A stretch of DNA of 62,344 bases, the filler included. It is 9 parts of 9 records of this genome, joined end to end, with 100 filler letters (N's around TTAATTAATTAA, not from the genome) between each part and the next. Parts side by side here need not be neighbours in the genome. Positions count along the whole stretch, not along the records: positions 10,048 to 16,670 come from SRR31147125_107931; positions 16,771 to 22,014 come from SRR31147125_108196; 7 more parts are not named here. One strand, 5' to 3'. The position numbers were made by a program, and so were the translations under genes. Shown here piece after piece: positions 10,048 to 20,608 of the stretch. Under the pieces are notes generated by a model that did not search any database, had not been told where the DNA came from, and saw nothing but the letters and a program-made list of their open reading frames with translations. Position 1 is the stretch's first letter, and each line of letters starts with the position of its first letter.

Positions 10048-10644
10048 CGTGTGTGCTGGCATGGTATTCCAAACACTGCCTGGCTTAAGTTCTGTCATTC
10101 CCATTTGTAGCTGACAGGTTTCAACAACTGTGTTGATTAAGAGTTGATTGATATCTCGCTCATTAGAAGTTTCCAGTGAACCTAAATGAAGCACATTTGC
10201 ATCTTTTAAGGTAACTTGTTTTACTGGGTATTCTTTGTGAGCAGGTGCTGAATTAAAATAGAAATGTGCCGGTTTTTTTGAAACAGCTGATTTGAAAATA
10301 ACCTCTTTGTTTCCTTTCCCGATATAGAGAGCATCTTTAAATTCAAGGATATATTCTTTACCATCAACCAAAACACTTCCGGTATTTCCTACATTGATAA
10401 TACCAACTTCTCGTCTTTCGCAGAAATATTCTGCTTTAAGCGGCTCAATAGCTTCAAGTAATAATGGTTTTGATGCAGGTACAGCACCGCCAACAATGTA
10501 ACGCTCTATGTGAGAGTAAACCAGGTGAACATCGCCTGGAGTCATTAGTTCTTCTACTAAAAATTCTTTGCGAATTTTTTCTGTGTCGTATTGCTTAAAA
10601 TCGTCTGGATGATAAGCATACCTTTCTTCATAAATTGTTGCCAT
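10048..10644 (-). CDS. kduI: 5-keto-4-deoxyuronate isomerase, 3'-truncated
   Basis: RREVGIINVG, FYFNSAPAH and CQLQMGMTELKPGSVWNTMPAHT motifs. Confidence 0.95.
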
Positions 10645-10655
10645 AATTTTAAATT

Positions 10656-11822
10656 TTATTTGTTAATTTCTTTTTGTCTTACAAGTGCTTCAACATAATA
10701 ATAGTCAGCATAGTTTAATGCCACGTCAATTTCACTGTTCTTAGGTTTGTGTCCGGTGCTGTGAAGTAATAAAAATCCACTATTTGCACCAACTTCGGCT
10801 CTGTATTTTTTTGAATTTAGCGATTCTAAAATTTTGTCAGCGGCTGTAATGTATGTTTCTGCATTTTCAGGACTATAACCACTTAATTCAAATAGTGCAG
10901 ATGCGATTAACGCTGCAGCAGATACATCTTTAGGTTCATTTGGTATTTCAGGTGCATCATAATCCCAGAACGGAATCATATCATCAGGTGCATTTTGTAA
11001 TATAAAGTCAGCAATTTTTTTTGCAAAATCGAGGTATTTTATATCATTTGTTTCACGGTAGCACATGGTATAACCATAAAGTCCCCAGGCTTGTCCTCGC
11101 GCCCATGCTGAATCATCGCTGTAACCTTGGTGAGTTTGCTTTTGAATTGCATTTCCAGTGATTGTATCATAGCTAACAACATGGTAGCATGTCATGTTTT
11201 CCCGATAATGATTTGCCATTGTTGTATCTGCATGTGAAATAGCGATATCTTTATATTTGCTGTCACCAGTAACTTTACTAGCCCAAAATAACATTTCAAG
11301 ATTCATCATGTTGTCAATAATCACGGGGTATTGCCAGTCGCCATGATCCCAGGATTTTATACAGCCAACTGAGGGATTGAAACGCGAGATAAGTGTCTCA
11401 GACGTTTCAATTATTACATCTTTATAGCTTTCGTTTTCAGTAAGTCTTAGCCCATTTCCGTAGCTGCAATAAATCATGAAACCTAAATCGTGAGTACCAG
11501 TATAGCTTTTTACTTCTTCAAGTTTAACTGTATTTACTTCAGCTGCATTTTTCCATTTCTCATCACCTGTTAATTCATACATATACCACATGGTGCCAGC
11601 AGGAAAACCAGATGTCCAGTCTTTTGGTGAAGCTAGTTTCATTCCTTGTTCTTTGGAGTATGAACGAGGTACTTGTTTTCCTTCAGGTATCTGAGTCAGA
11701 AAGTGAGTGAGTTGCTTATCTAATTCTGTAATCAAATCTGTTGATGAATTTTTCGAGTTGTTATCCTTACAAGCAAACAGGCTTAAAGTAATTAATACCA
11801 GAACATAATTTTTAAGTTTCAT
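10656..11822 (-). CDS. GH88 unsaturated glucuronyl hydrolase (lipoprotein)
   Basis: Lipobox LFA-C; WTSGF, THDLGF, IIDNMMNL, WARGQAW and YADYYYVEAL motifs. Confidence 0.92.
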   Translation of the reverse strand: MKLKNYVLVLITLSLFACKDNNSKNSSTDLITELDKQLTHFLTQIPEGKQVPRSYSKEQGMKLASPKDWTSGFPAGTMWYMYELTGDEKWKNAAEVNTVKLEEVKSYTGTHDLGFMIYCSYGNGLRLTENESYKDVIIETSETLISRFNPSVGCIKSWDHGDWQYPVIIDNMMNLEMLFWASKVTGDSKYKDIAISHADTTMANHYRENMTCYHVVSYDTITGNAIQKQTHQGYSDDSAWARGQAWGLYGYTMCYRETNDIKYLDFAKKIADFILQNAPDDMIPFWDYDAPEIPNEPKDVSAAALIASALFELSGYSPENAETYITAADKILESLNSKKYRAEVGANSGFLLLHSTGHKPKNSEIDVALNYADYYYVEALVRQKEINK

Positions 11823-11849
11823 TTTAGAGTTAGTTTAGAGTTAATAATG

Positions 11850-11880
11850 CAAATATAGTACGAAATGGATGAAAATGCAA
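11850..11880 (-). promoter_or_regulatory. Bacteroidota-type promoter for GH88-kduI
   Basis: TATATTTG (11857-11850) matches the TAnnTTTG -7 box, with TTG 20 nt upstream (11880-11878). Confidence 0.6.
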
Positions 11881-11890
11881 TCGATTGCAT
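11875..11890. promoter_or_regulatory. LacI-family operator
   Basis: Perfect 16-bp palindrome ATGCAATCGATTGCAT with the AAnCGnTT core. It lies between the divergent LacI and GH88 genes and overlaps the -33 element. Confidence 0.8.
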
Positions 11891-11950
11891 CAATATTTAA
11901 TTAACACTTCATTTTTAAAAAATAATTGTCATATTTGTATCGCATTGATT

Positions 11951-12982
11951 ATGAAAAAGACATCTGTAACGATACACGATTTAGCCAAAGAACTAAATAT
12001 TTCAGCATCAACAGTTTCAAGGGCATTAAATGATAATCCTAGAATTAGTGAAGCTACAAAAGAAAAAATTAGAAAACTGGCTACAAAGTTGGGATACCAA
12101 CCCAATACAATAGCTTCTAATCTTAGAACTCAGAAAACACATACGATTGGTATTGTGGTTCCGTTAATTAACAGACATTTTTTTTCAACCTTTATTACAG
12201 GGGTTGAAGATGTTTCTTTTGATGCTGGTTATAGTGTTATTATTGCACAATCAAAAGATTCACTGGATAAAGAGAGCAGGGTTGTGCATTCTCTTTTTTC
12301 AAATCGGGTAGATGGTTTAATAACTTCAGTTGGAATGGAAACGAACCAATACGATCATTTTAGTTTGTTTGCTGATAAAAACATTCCAATGGTGTTTTTT
12401 GACCGTATTGCCCCTGATTTTGAAGCCCATAAAATTGTTGTGGATGATTTTAATTGTGGGAAAAGTGCAACTCAGCATTTAATTAATCAAGGATGCAAAC
12501 GAATAGCACATTTAGCTGGACCAACTTCGTTAAATACCTATAGGGAAAGAATGAATGGTTATTTGCATGCTTTGAAAGAAAACCAGCTTAAGATTGAGGA
12601 TGATTTAATTGTATACAACCGCCTAACGCGTATTGATGGGCTTACAGCAATAAAACAGTTGCTTAAGTTGAAGAATCCTCCAGATGCTGTGTTTTGTGGA
12701 AATGATACATCAGCATTAAGTATGATTGTTTATTTACAGGAAAGAGGCATTCGTGTTCCTGAAGATATTTGTATTGTTGGATTTAGTAATGAGCCTTTTT
12801 CTGAAGTTGTAACGCCTTCTATTTCAACGATTAGGCAGCCTGCTTATGAGATGGGACAGAAGGCAGCAGAATTATTAATTCAGGAAATTAATCAGAAGAG
12901 ACCTTCTGTTTCTTTCCGAACAATTGTTATGCCTACAGAATTGATAATTAGACAATCGTCTAATAAGAAAATGTTTGAGTAG
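11951..12982 (+). CDS. LacI-family transcriptional regulator
   Basis: TIHDLAKELNISASTVSRAL HTH, YQPN hinge and sugar-binding domain. Start at ATG 11951. Confidence 0.95.
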   Translation: MKKTSVTIHDLAKELNISASTVSRALNDNPRISEATKEKIRKLATKLGYQPNTIASNLRTQKTHTIGIVVPLINRHFFSTFITGVEDVSFDAGYSVIIAQSKDSLDKESRVVHSLFSNRVDGLITSVGMETNQYDHFSLFADKNIPMVFFDRIAPDFEAHKIVVDDFNCGKSATQHLINQGCKRIAHLAGPTSLNTYRERMNGYLHALKENQLKIEDDLIVYNRLTRIDGLTAIKQLLKLKNPPDAVFCGNDTSALSMIVYLQERGIRVPEDICIVGFSNEPFSEVVTPSISTIRQPAYEMGQKAAELLIQEINQKRPSVSFRTIVMPTELIIRQSSNKKMFE

Positions 12983-13035
12983 TATTTTTTCTGTTTGTTA
13001 GATTACATCTTACCATTTTGATTTAAGCACTGGGT

Positions 13036-13428
13036 TTACTTATTAAACCTGGCTTGTGAGAAAATCCATCCTTTTTCAATAGCCCAAATTGCTTTGTAAA
13101 TTTCGTATTGACAGAGCATGATGTCATGTTTACCTTTACATGTTTCACCTTTTGGATCGTTTTGATATAGATTTTTCAGAATAGGTAAAGCTTTTTCTGA
13201 TCGAATTCTACCTAAAGTCCAGATTGCAATATGTGTTCGATCTGTAACTGATTTTTTTTCATCTAATAAGTAAGCAATTAAAGCATCTTCTGCTGAGCCT
13301 TCATATTCCAGTTGAACGAGTTGTATCCTTTCCTTTACATCGCTTGCAATCCATGCATTCAAAACAAAAAATGATATAATTACAAGTAGAAGTAAGGCTG
13401 ATAATATGATGGTTATGCGTTTTTTCAT
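13036..13428 (-). CDS. Small membrane-anchored HEAT-repeat-like hypothetical protein
   Basis: N-terminal hydrophobic helix and AIWTLGRIRSEKALPIL HEAT-like motif. Confidence 0.65.
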   Translation of the reverse strand: MKKRITIILSALLLLVIISFFVLNAWIASDVKERIQLVQLEYEGSAEDALIAYLLDEKKSVTDRTHIAIWTLGRIRSEKALPILKNLYQNDPKGETCKGKHDIMLCQYEIYKAIWAIEKGWIFSQARFNK

Positions 13429-13516
13429 AGATACAAGTTATGAAAAAAAGAATTTTCTTGTCTGGGAAATGTATCTTATTATCAGCTGAGTTTGGGTATT
13501 AATTTACTTTTTAGAA

Positions 13517-13546
13517 ACAAAAAATCCGATCTGTAAGACCGGATTT
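13517..13546 (-). terminator. Intrinsic terminator after guaB
   Basis: Minus strand AAATCCGGTCT-TAC-AGATCGGATTT followed by a T-run. Confidence 0.7.
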
Positions 13547-13569
13547 AATTCAAAAGTATATGTTGTATC

Positions 13570-15066
13570 TTACATGTTCGCATCTTTTAAAATTACATCG
13601 TGAGCACCACCTTCAACAATGCTGGTAGCAGATACCAATGTAATTTTGCCTTCTTCTTTTAATTGATTTATTGATGTTACTCCACAGCTACACATGGTTG
13701 ATTTCATTTTTCCAATTGTAAGTTCAAGATTGTCTTTCAATTTACCTGCATATGGAACGTAACTGTCAACACCTTCTTCAAATTTAAGATTTTCGCTTCC
13801 TCCCATGTCATAACGTTGCCAGTTGCGGGCGCGGTTAGAACCTTCACCCCAGTATTCTTTAACATAGCGGTTGTTTAGCATGAGTTTTCGCGTTGGACTT
13901 TCGTCAAATCGAGCAAAGTAACGTCCCATCATAAGGAAATCTGCTCCCATCGCTAATGCAAGAACCATATGGTAATCCTGAACAATACCACCATCAGAGC
14001 AGATTGGGATATAAGTGCCGGTTTTTTCAAAGTATTCATCTCGGGCAGCTGCAACATCTATAATTGAGGTTGCCTGACCACGACCAATGCCTTTTTGTTC
14101 ACGAGTAATACAAATTGAGCCACCACCAATACCAACTTTAATGAAGTCAGCACCTGCCTCAGCTAAATATAAAAAGCCTTCTTTGTCAACTACATTTCCA
14201 GCTCCAACTTTCACTTTTCCATCATATTCCTTTTTAACCCATTCTAAAGTTTGTCTTTGCCATTCAGAATAACCATCAGAAGAGTCAATACATAAAACAT
14301 CAGCTCCAGCTTTAATGAGGGCTGGGACACGTTCTTTGTAATCACGACTGTTAATGCCTGCACCTACAATAAGTTTTTTACTTGAGTCTGAAAGTTCGTT
14401 TGGGTGCTGTTTGTGGCTTTCGTAATCTTTACGGAAAACGAAGAAATGTAATTTTTGATTTTCATCTATGATTGGGAGGCTGTTAAGCTTATTGTCCCAT
14501 ATAATATCGTTTGCTTCATTTAGTGAAATTCCAAGTTTACCGTAAACCAACTTGCTAAATGGAGTCATGAAATCTTTTATCTTTTTATCTAGAGGATCAC
14601 GACTAGGTCTGTAGTCACGTCCGGTAACAATTCCGACCAACTTGCCATTAGCAGTTCCATCTTCAGTAATTCCAATGGTCGCATGTCCTGTGTTGTTTTT
14701 AATGTTAATAACATCGGCAAGGGTTTGCTCGGGAGTTAGATTTGAATCACTAATAACAAATCCAGCTTTGAATTTTTTGACTTTCTTAACCATTTCAGTC
14801 TGGCTTTCGATTGACTGCGAGCCAAAGATGAAGGAAAGACCTCCATTTCGGGCGAGGGCTATTCCCATTTCGCTGCCTGAAACAGATTGCATTATCGCTG
14901 AAACAAAAGGAATGTTTAGCTCAATTGAAGGTTCTTCGCCCTTTTTAAAACTAACCAAAGGGGCTTTCAGAGAAACATTCTGCGGAAAACAGTTTTTGTC
15001 GGTAAGGCCTGGGATTAGCAGATATTCGCTAAAGGTTCTGGAAACTTCGTTTGAGATTTTTGCCAT
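13570..15066 (-). CDS. guaB: IMP dehydrogenase
   Basis: CBS pair, [12 protein letters not shown] catalytic loop, SDGGI and YWGEGS. Confidence 0.95.
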   Translation of the reverse strand: MAKISNEVSRTFSEYLLIPGLTDKNCFPQNVSLKAPLVSFKKGEEPSIELNIPFVSAIMQSVSGSEMGIALARNGGLSFIFGSQSIESQTEMVKKVKKFKAGFVISDSNLTPEQTLADVINIKNNTGHATIGITEDGTANGKLVGIVTGRDYRPSRDPLDKKIKDFMTPFSKLVYGKLGISLNEANDIIWDNKLNSLPIIDENQKLHFFVFRKDYESHKQHPNELSDSSKKLIVGAGINSRDYKERVPALIKAGADVLCIDSSDGYSEWQRQTLEWVKKEYDGKVKVGAGNVVDKEGFLYLAEAGADFIKVGIGGGSICITREQKGIGRGQATSIIDVAAARDEYFEKTGTYIPICSDGGIVQDYHMVLALAMGADFLMMGRYFARFDESPTRKLMLNNRYVKEYWGEGSNRARNWQRYDMGGSENLKFEEGVDSYVPYAGKLKDNLELTIGKMKSTMCSCGVTSINQLKEEGKITLVSATSIVEGGAHDVILKDANM

Positions 15067-15097
15067 AATTTGTCACCATTTAAATTAAAAAATTGCG

Positions 15098-15105
15098 CAA
15101 AGCTA
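15098..15105 (-). promoter_or_regulatory. Bacteroidota -7 promoter box for guaB
   Basis: TAGCTTTG on the minus strand, about 30 nt upstream of the ATG. Confidence 0.5.
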
Positions 15106-15145
15106 CTATTAATTTACAAAGTAACGACTATTTTGCTTTCAAAAA

Positions 15146-15895
15146 TTAGCTATTCCAAATTTCCCATGAACGGATAGCTTGCAAATGAAGCATTTCCAGT
15201 CCGTTTTTTACATCAGCACCTTTTTCCTTTCCTTTTTTCATAAAAAGGGTTTCTTCCGGATTGTAAACCAAATCGAAAAGAACATGATCTACTGAAAGGT
15301 GCTCGTATGGTATGTTTGGATAAGAATCAACCTTAGGGAATGTTCCAAGAGGTGTTGCATTAATGATAACCAAATGACTTTTAATCAATTCTTCATTAAT
15401 GGATTCATATCTAATTTCATTTTCAAAAAGTTCATCTTCAATAGAAGCAGAAACATAAGAAACTCCAAGCTTATCAAGTATATGTTTTATTGCTTTTGAA
15501 GCGCCTCCAGTTCCTAAAATTAGTGCTTTTTTGTGTTTCTCATTTAACATTGGTTTTAATGAGTTTTCAAAACCATATACATCTGAATTGTAGCCTTTAA
15601 GTTTTGTAGTGTTACCTTCTTTGATAATTTTGACAGTATTAACAGCTCCCACAATTTTTGCTTCTTCTTCAATTTCATCCAAATAAGGCATGATTTGCTG
15701 CTTGTATGGGATTGTACAATTTAATCCACCAATGTTTTCATTTTTTTCAAAAATTGAAGGGAATTCGTCAATTTTATCTAGTTCAAAGTTTACGTATTCA
15801 TAATCTTTTAAATCTTCTTTCTCAAATTTTTCAGTAAAAAATCCTTTTGAAAAAGAGTATCCAAGTCGGTATCCAATTAATCCAAATGTTTTCAT
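15146..15895 (-). CDS. aroE: Shikimate dehydrogenase
   Basis: NCTIPYK, GAVNT, ILGTGGA, INATPLG and DLVYNP motifs. Confidence 0.93.
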   Translation of the reverse strand: MKTFGLIGYRLGYSFSKGFFTEKFEKEDLKDYEYVNFELDKIDEFPSIFEKNENIGGLNCTIPYKQQIMPYLDEIEEEAKIVGAVNTVKIIKEGNTTKLKGYNSDVYGFENSLKPMLNEKHKKALILGTGGASKAIKHILDKLGVSYVSASIEDELFENEIRYESINEELIKSHLVIINATPLGTFPKVDSYPNIPYEHLSVDHVLFDLVYNPEETLFMKKGKEKGADVKNGLEMLHLQAIRSWEIWNS

Positions 15896-15903
15896 TAATT
15901 CAA

Positions 15904-16670
15904 TTATTTTTTCAATTTTTTTGAAAGACCTTCAATGACGAAGATCAATAAAAATCCAAATACAGCCAACAATAATGCATACATGAATTGCGGATTATTG
16001 CTGGTTATTTCAGCATATGTATTGGGTAGAACGTTTTGCTCAACTAAAGGTTTTAGTTCACCATGCCGGTCTGTAAATGTTTCAATAACTTCTTTCCATG
16101 GCCATACTTTGTTTAAAGATCCAATCATGAAACCTGATAGCAATGCAATAGTAAGGTTGTAGTATTTTTTTAGCAGCCATGATAGAATATTCGAGAATAC
16201 AATAATTCCAATTACAGCACCTACAAGGAAAACAGCAATAATTGGTAGGTTAAAATTGGAAAGTGCTCCTAATATGAATTTATACATTCCCAGTAATACC
16301 AATATAAAACTTCCAGATATGCCAGGCAGAATCATTGCACAAATGGCTATTGAGCCAGATAAGAATACAAAACCATAGCTTGTGTTTGCTTCAGCTGGTG
16401 TAATTACTGTAATTACATATGCAATTGCAGCTCCGGCTAGTAGTGATACTATGGTTCCAATTTTCCATTGTTTAATATCGCGAGCAACATAAATAGCTGA
16501 GGCAATGATTAATCCGAAAAAGAATGACCAAATCAAAATAGGGTGGTGGTCTAGCAAATATTTAAGCCCTTTTGCTAAAGACAAAACACTGATGCCGATT
16601 CCAATAATCAATGCAAATAGGAAATTGCCATTTATGGAATTCCAGAAATCTTTTATTTGAAATGAAAATA
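15904..16670 (-). CDS. DUF368 membrane protein (undecaprenyl-phosphate translocase family), 5'-truncated
   Basis: AMILPGISGS and GSLNKVWPW motifs. Frame is open to the contig end (FWNSINGNFL). Confidence 0.88.
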
Positions 16671-16770
16671 NNNNNNNNNNNNNNNNNNNNNNNNNNNNNN
16701 NNNNNNNNNNNNNNTTAATTAATTAANNNNNNNNNNNNNNNNNNNNNNNNNNNNNNNNNNNNNNNNNNNN
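16671..16770. other. Artificial contig linker
   Basis: 44 N + TTAATTAATTAA + 44 N. Confidence 0.99.
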
Positions 16771-16939
16771 TGCGTAAAACGTATTATTCAAGGTTCCCAT
16801 CAAAGTAAGTAAAAGTAATGATATTCGGTTATCCTCCTATGAAGTGGCGCCTGCAAAACGGTGATTGCCTCACCTGGTACAGAGATGGTGATTCGTAATT
16901 TTGACTGATTGATCGACCATTAATCTGAACCTCATACTG

Positions 16940-17533
16940 TCATATAATCCCAAGATCCTTGTAAATGTTAGGAAGTTTCTCTTGTATTATTTCCTCTACT
17001 TTAGCGTAAAGGCTGTTTCCGTGACTATCCATTGCCACAGTCAGAGGACCAAAATCTTTAACTCGAAATCGGTACAAAGCTTCTGGGTGAAGGTGTTCGA
17101 AATAAACCTCTTCAACTGCTTCGATTTGTTGTGTTTCAAGAGCGGCTGCCCCTCCAACTATTGCCAAATATACTGCACCATGTTGCTCCATAGCTTCAAG
17201 ACTTGATTGATAAAGGCCTCCTTTTCCTATGATTGCCCGAACTCCATAATCAGATATGAGTGGTGGAGTGAACCTGTCCATTCGTGTACTTGTCGTAGTA
17301 CCTATGCATATTTTCTCCCATGTATTGCCATTTTTTCGCAAGCTTGGAGCCGTATGGATACATGGCATTCCATCAAGACTGACAGGTGGACGGTTTCCTT
17401 GATCAAAAATGTATATTTGTGTCAAATCTCTTATCCCAAATAATGGACCGTCAAAATAAACGAGATCACCAACATGGAGATTGCGAATTTCGTCTTCACT
17501 AAAAGGTGAATTGAGGTGATGAATATTGCTCAT
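16940..17533 (-). CDS. Fe-S hydro-lyase beta subunit (class I fumarase / tartrate dehydratase family)
   Basis: IRD, GTTTSTRM, IIGKGG and FGPLTVAMDSHGNSL motifs. Confidence 0.9.
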   Translation of the reverse strand: MSNIHHLNSPFSEDEIRNLHVGDLVYFDGPLFGIRDLTQIYIFDQGNRPPVSLDGMPCIHTAPSLRKNGNTWEKICIGTTTSTRMDRFTPPLISDYGVRAIIGKGGLYQSSLEAMEQHGAVYLAIVGGAAALETQQIEAVEEVYFEHLHPEALYRFRVKDFGPLTVAMDSHGNSLYAKVEEIIQEKLPNIYKDLGII

Positions 17534-17575
17534 AGTTCTCTCTTCAATTTTTTTGGGAATTGTAATAATAGCAGA

Positions 17576-18457
17576 CTAATATCCGTAGGTTACCGAGCCA
17601 CCAGAGGTGATTGTCGCTTTTGATCTTCTTGCAGCCCAACATTGGGTGTTCACGGCAACAGGATTCTGCGTGATGTGCGTATATGCGCATTCTATGTGTA
17701 CTGCCAAACAGGAAACGTCCCCTCCGAGTCCCATTGGTCCTCGTCCTGTGGAGTTAATAGCCTTTTCTAACGCTACCTCCATTTCCGCAATTTCAGAATC
17801 CGGGTGCCGTTGTCCAACTGGACGACAGATCGCATCTTTTGCTAACTTTGCCACCAAGTCTGATGAACCACCCAGCCCAACACCAATAATTCCAGGTGGG
17901 CATGGATTGGCCGCGCTCTCTATTACAGCATCAAGCACAAATTTTTTTACACCTTTGATGCCATGTTGCGGATAAAGCATTTTCATTTGACTCATATTTT
18001 CTGAACCAGAACCTTTGGGAACCATCAAAATTTCGAGCTCATCCGATTCCTCCACAAAATCCCAGTATATTATCGGAAGCCCCTGCCCTACCGAAGTTTG
18101 AGGGTTAATTCTGGTCAGCGTATGTGTAGAGCTGCCTCTGAAGGGGAATTCCTGTGTAGCTCTTCTTACTCCGGAGGTTATGCTTCTTTGCACATTTGAG
18201 CAGTTCCATTGAAAACGAGATCCCACTTTAACTTTATAGAGAGGGAGCCCTGTATCCTGACAAATAAGAGTGTTTTGGGAGTCGGCGATCTCGATTGTTT
18301 TGAAAATCGTCTCAAACACAATGCGAGCAGCTGGAACTGTTTCTCGATCATAGGCGCTTCTTAATGCAGACCGTACATCGGGCGGTAAGTCACATAGCGC
18401 CTTTATATATGTATTCTTGGCAGCTTCTTCAATTATTTCGTAGTCAAATGAAGCCAT
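17576..18457 (-). CDS. Fe-S hydro-lyase alpha subunit (class I fumarase / tartrate dehydratase family)
   Basis: Three cluster cysteines in ICQDTG, NPCPP and QCWAAR; KGSGSEN and GPMGLGG motifs. Confidence 0.92.
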   Translation of the reverse strand: MASFDYEIIEEAAKNTYIKALCDLPPDVRSALRSAYDRETVPAARIVFETIFKTIEIADSQNTLICQDTGLPLYKVKVGSRFQWNCSNVQRSITSGVRRATQEFPFRGSSTHTLTRINPQTSVGQGLPIIYWDFVEESDELEILMVPKGSGSENMSQMKMLYPQHGIKGVKKFVLDAVIESAANPCPPGIIGVGLGGSSDLVAKLAKDAICRPVGQRHPDSEIAEMEVALEKAINSTGRGPMGLGGDVSCLAVHIECAYTHITQNPVAVNTQCWAARRSKATITSGGSVTYGY

Positions 18458-18497
18458 TGATATCTCCTTCTATTTCTTGACGTATTCGTGAGAATCT

Positions 18498-20405
18498 TTA
18501 AGCTGCGATCTGATCCGCGGATATCGATCGTTTTCTTGAATTGAAAAAACAAAGAGCAGCAAATCCTGTAACTCCGATGAAATCAGTTGTAATCTCGGGC
18601 CATAAAGCTGCTATACCGGTAAGGAAAAATAGAGCTCGTGTGAGCGGTGTGACCTTCTGCCACATATATCCTTCAATAGCAACCGTAAGAGACAAGGCTC
18701 CTATCAGAGCTGTGGCAATTGAAATAACAATCATGTATAAGGGGCCATCCAATAGTAAGGATGTGTTGTAAACGAACATGTACGGAATAATGAAGATCAC
18801 TATCCCTAGTTTTGATGCGTTTACCGCAGTCAACATGACCTTCCCCTCTGCGATAGCCGCTCCAGCAAAAGCTGCCAGTGCAACCGGTGGGGTTATTGCA
18901 CTAAGCAATGCTGAGTAGAATACAAACATGTGAGCAGCAACAGGATCTACTCCGAATTCAATCAAAGTTGGAGCAGCAATCATTGCTGCTATGATATAAG
19001 CGGGTGCGGTTGGTACTCCCATACCTAAAATGAGGCAGGACACCATAACCAATACCATCGCCAAGGGAAGAAAACCCATTGAAAGGCTTGTAATAATCGT
19101 CACGAACTTAATGCCAACGCCAGTGACATCTAATACACCAACAACAATACCAGCACACGCACATGCGACAGCTATGACAACACTGTTCTTTGCACCATCT
19201 ATGAATGCTTCGAAGTAGTTCCTTAATGACAATCGACTGCTTTTTTTGAAAGCCGCCACTATCCAGAGTGTTACTATTGCGATAAGAGCTGCTCTAAACG
19301 GTGTATACCCCGCAATTAAAACAACAACGAGCAGGACAAGTGGTATGAAAAAATGGGAACCTTTTGCTAAAACCTCCCGCATCTGTGGTAAGTCTCCGGC
19401 TCCGACACCTTCTATGTTCATTTTTAGCGCTTTCACATGGCACGTTATAAAAACAACAACGTAATATAATAACGCTGGAAACAGAGCGGCTTTCATGACT
19501 GACACATAACTGACCCCTAGCATTTCAGCCATGATGAATGCCGCGGCTCCCATAATCGGCGGCATAATTTGTCCACCGCAACTTGCCGCCGCCTCAACAG
19601 CCCCAGCAAATTCTGGTTTGTAGCCAGCTCGTTTCATTAAGGGGATGGTTATTGTTCCGGTTCCATAAACATTCGCTACTGAGTGCCCCGAAACGGTTCC
19701 AAAAAGACTGCTCGCAACAACAGCAACCTTCGCAGGCCCACCAACGGATCTTCCAACCAAAGCCATGCTAAAATCGATAATAAATTGTGATGCTCCAGTC
19801 TTTTGAAGAAATGCAGCCAACAATATAAATAAATAAACAAAGGTTGCAGATACTCCGGTAGGAACACCAAAAATCGCCTGCGTTGTAAGAAATGTGTGAT
19901 CTATAAATACAAGGGGAGGAACTTCTCGAATTGTAAAGGGATAAGGTAGATGGCCTCCAAATAGGGCATAACCCATAAAACATACTGCAATTATTGGTAA
20001 TGCTGGCCCAACAACCCTTCGTGCAGATTCCAAGGTAAGCAGTATTGTTAAAACCCCCAAGGTAATGTCGACTTTAGTAATTGGTCCCCAATACCACTCC
20101 CTTGTAACCAGTCTTCCATGATGCATTACGAGATAAACTCCAATCGCTAGGCACAGAAGAGCCAGTGGAATGTCAATTAATGCATTTTTTTCCGCAGTCC
20201 ATTTCGAAAACGTTGGTTTTATAAGAAATGCCAGGGACATAAGAGTCATCAAATGAACACTTCGCTGGAGGTAGGCATCAAAAACACCGAAAGCACCGGT
20301 ATACAAATGAAAAATACTTATGGATATGCCGATAGATGCAATCAAAGCCTTCGAAACTCTTATTGGCGTACTTGGATTAATTTGAGAATTTTCCTTTGGC
20401 ATCAT
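18498..20405 (-). CDS. TRAP transporter fused 4TM/12TM permease
   Basis: GGPAKVAV, GGQIMPPIMGAAAF, LGMGVPT and ITPPVALAA motifs. Confidence 0.93.
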   Translation of the reverse strand: MMPKENSQINPSTPIRVSKALIASIGISISIFHLYTGAFGVFDAYLQRSVHLMTLMSLAFLIKPTFSKWTAEKNALIDIPLALLCLAIGVYLVMHHGRLVTREWYWGPITKVDITLGVLTILLTLESARRVVGPALPIIAVCFMGYALFGGHLPYPFTIREVPPLVFIDHTFLTTQAIFGVPTGVSATFVYLFILLAAFLQKTGASQFIIDFSMALVGRSVGGPAKVAVVASSLFGTVSGHSVANVYGTGTITIPLMKRAGYKPEFAGAVEAAASCGGQIMPPIMGAAAFIMAEMLGVSYVSVMKAALFPALLYYVVVFITCHVKALKMNIEGVGAGDLPQMREVLAKGSHFFIPLVLLVVVLIAGYTPFRAALIAIVTLWIVAAFKKSSRLSLRNYFEAFIDGAKNSVVIAVACACAGIVVGVLDVTGVGIKFVTIITSLSMGFLPLAMVLVMVSCLILGMGVPTAPAYIIAAMIAAPTLIEFGVDPVAAHMFVFYSALLSAITPPVALAAFAGAAIAEGKVMLTAVNASKLGIVIFIIPYMFVYNTSLLLDGPLYMIVISIATALIGALSLTVAIEGYMWQKVTPLTRALFFLTGIAALWPEITTDFIGVTGFAALCFFNSRKRSISADQIAA

Positions 20406-20551
20406 AAAACCTTTGTCCTGGATGTATTAGAATCTGATCGATTGTAGATTTCTCTTCAATGTCAGTAATACCCTGACATTACTTGAGTTGTATCCCTCTA
20501 ACGGGAAATCGAACTTTTTCTGCCAAATGCTCAATCTGCTTGTTAGTCTAA

Positions 20552-20586
20552 ACAAGGTGCTCCCCTAAAAAAACAGAGCACCTTGT
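20552..20586 (-). terminator. Stem-loop between the TAXI and permease genes
   Basis: Perfect 11-bp arms ACAAGGTGCTC / GAGCACCTTGT. Could be an mRNA stabiliser or partial terminator. Confidence 0.55.
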
Positions 20587-20608
20587 CTATGATTAGAGAT
20601 CCTGTGTG

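Noticed and set aside
16771-16840. AGGAGG and a possible further gene downstream of the hydro-lyase beta subunit
   Set aside because: No start codon at a suitable spacing, and only about 10 codons are visible before the linker.
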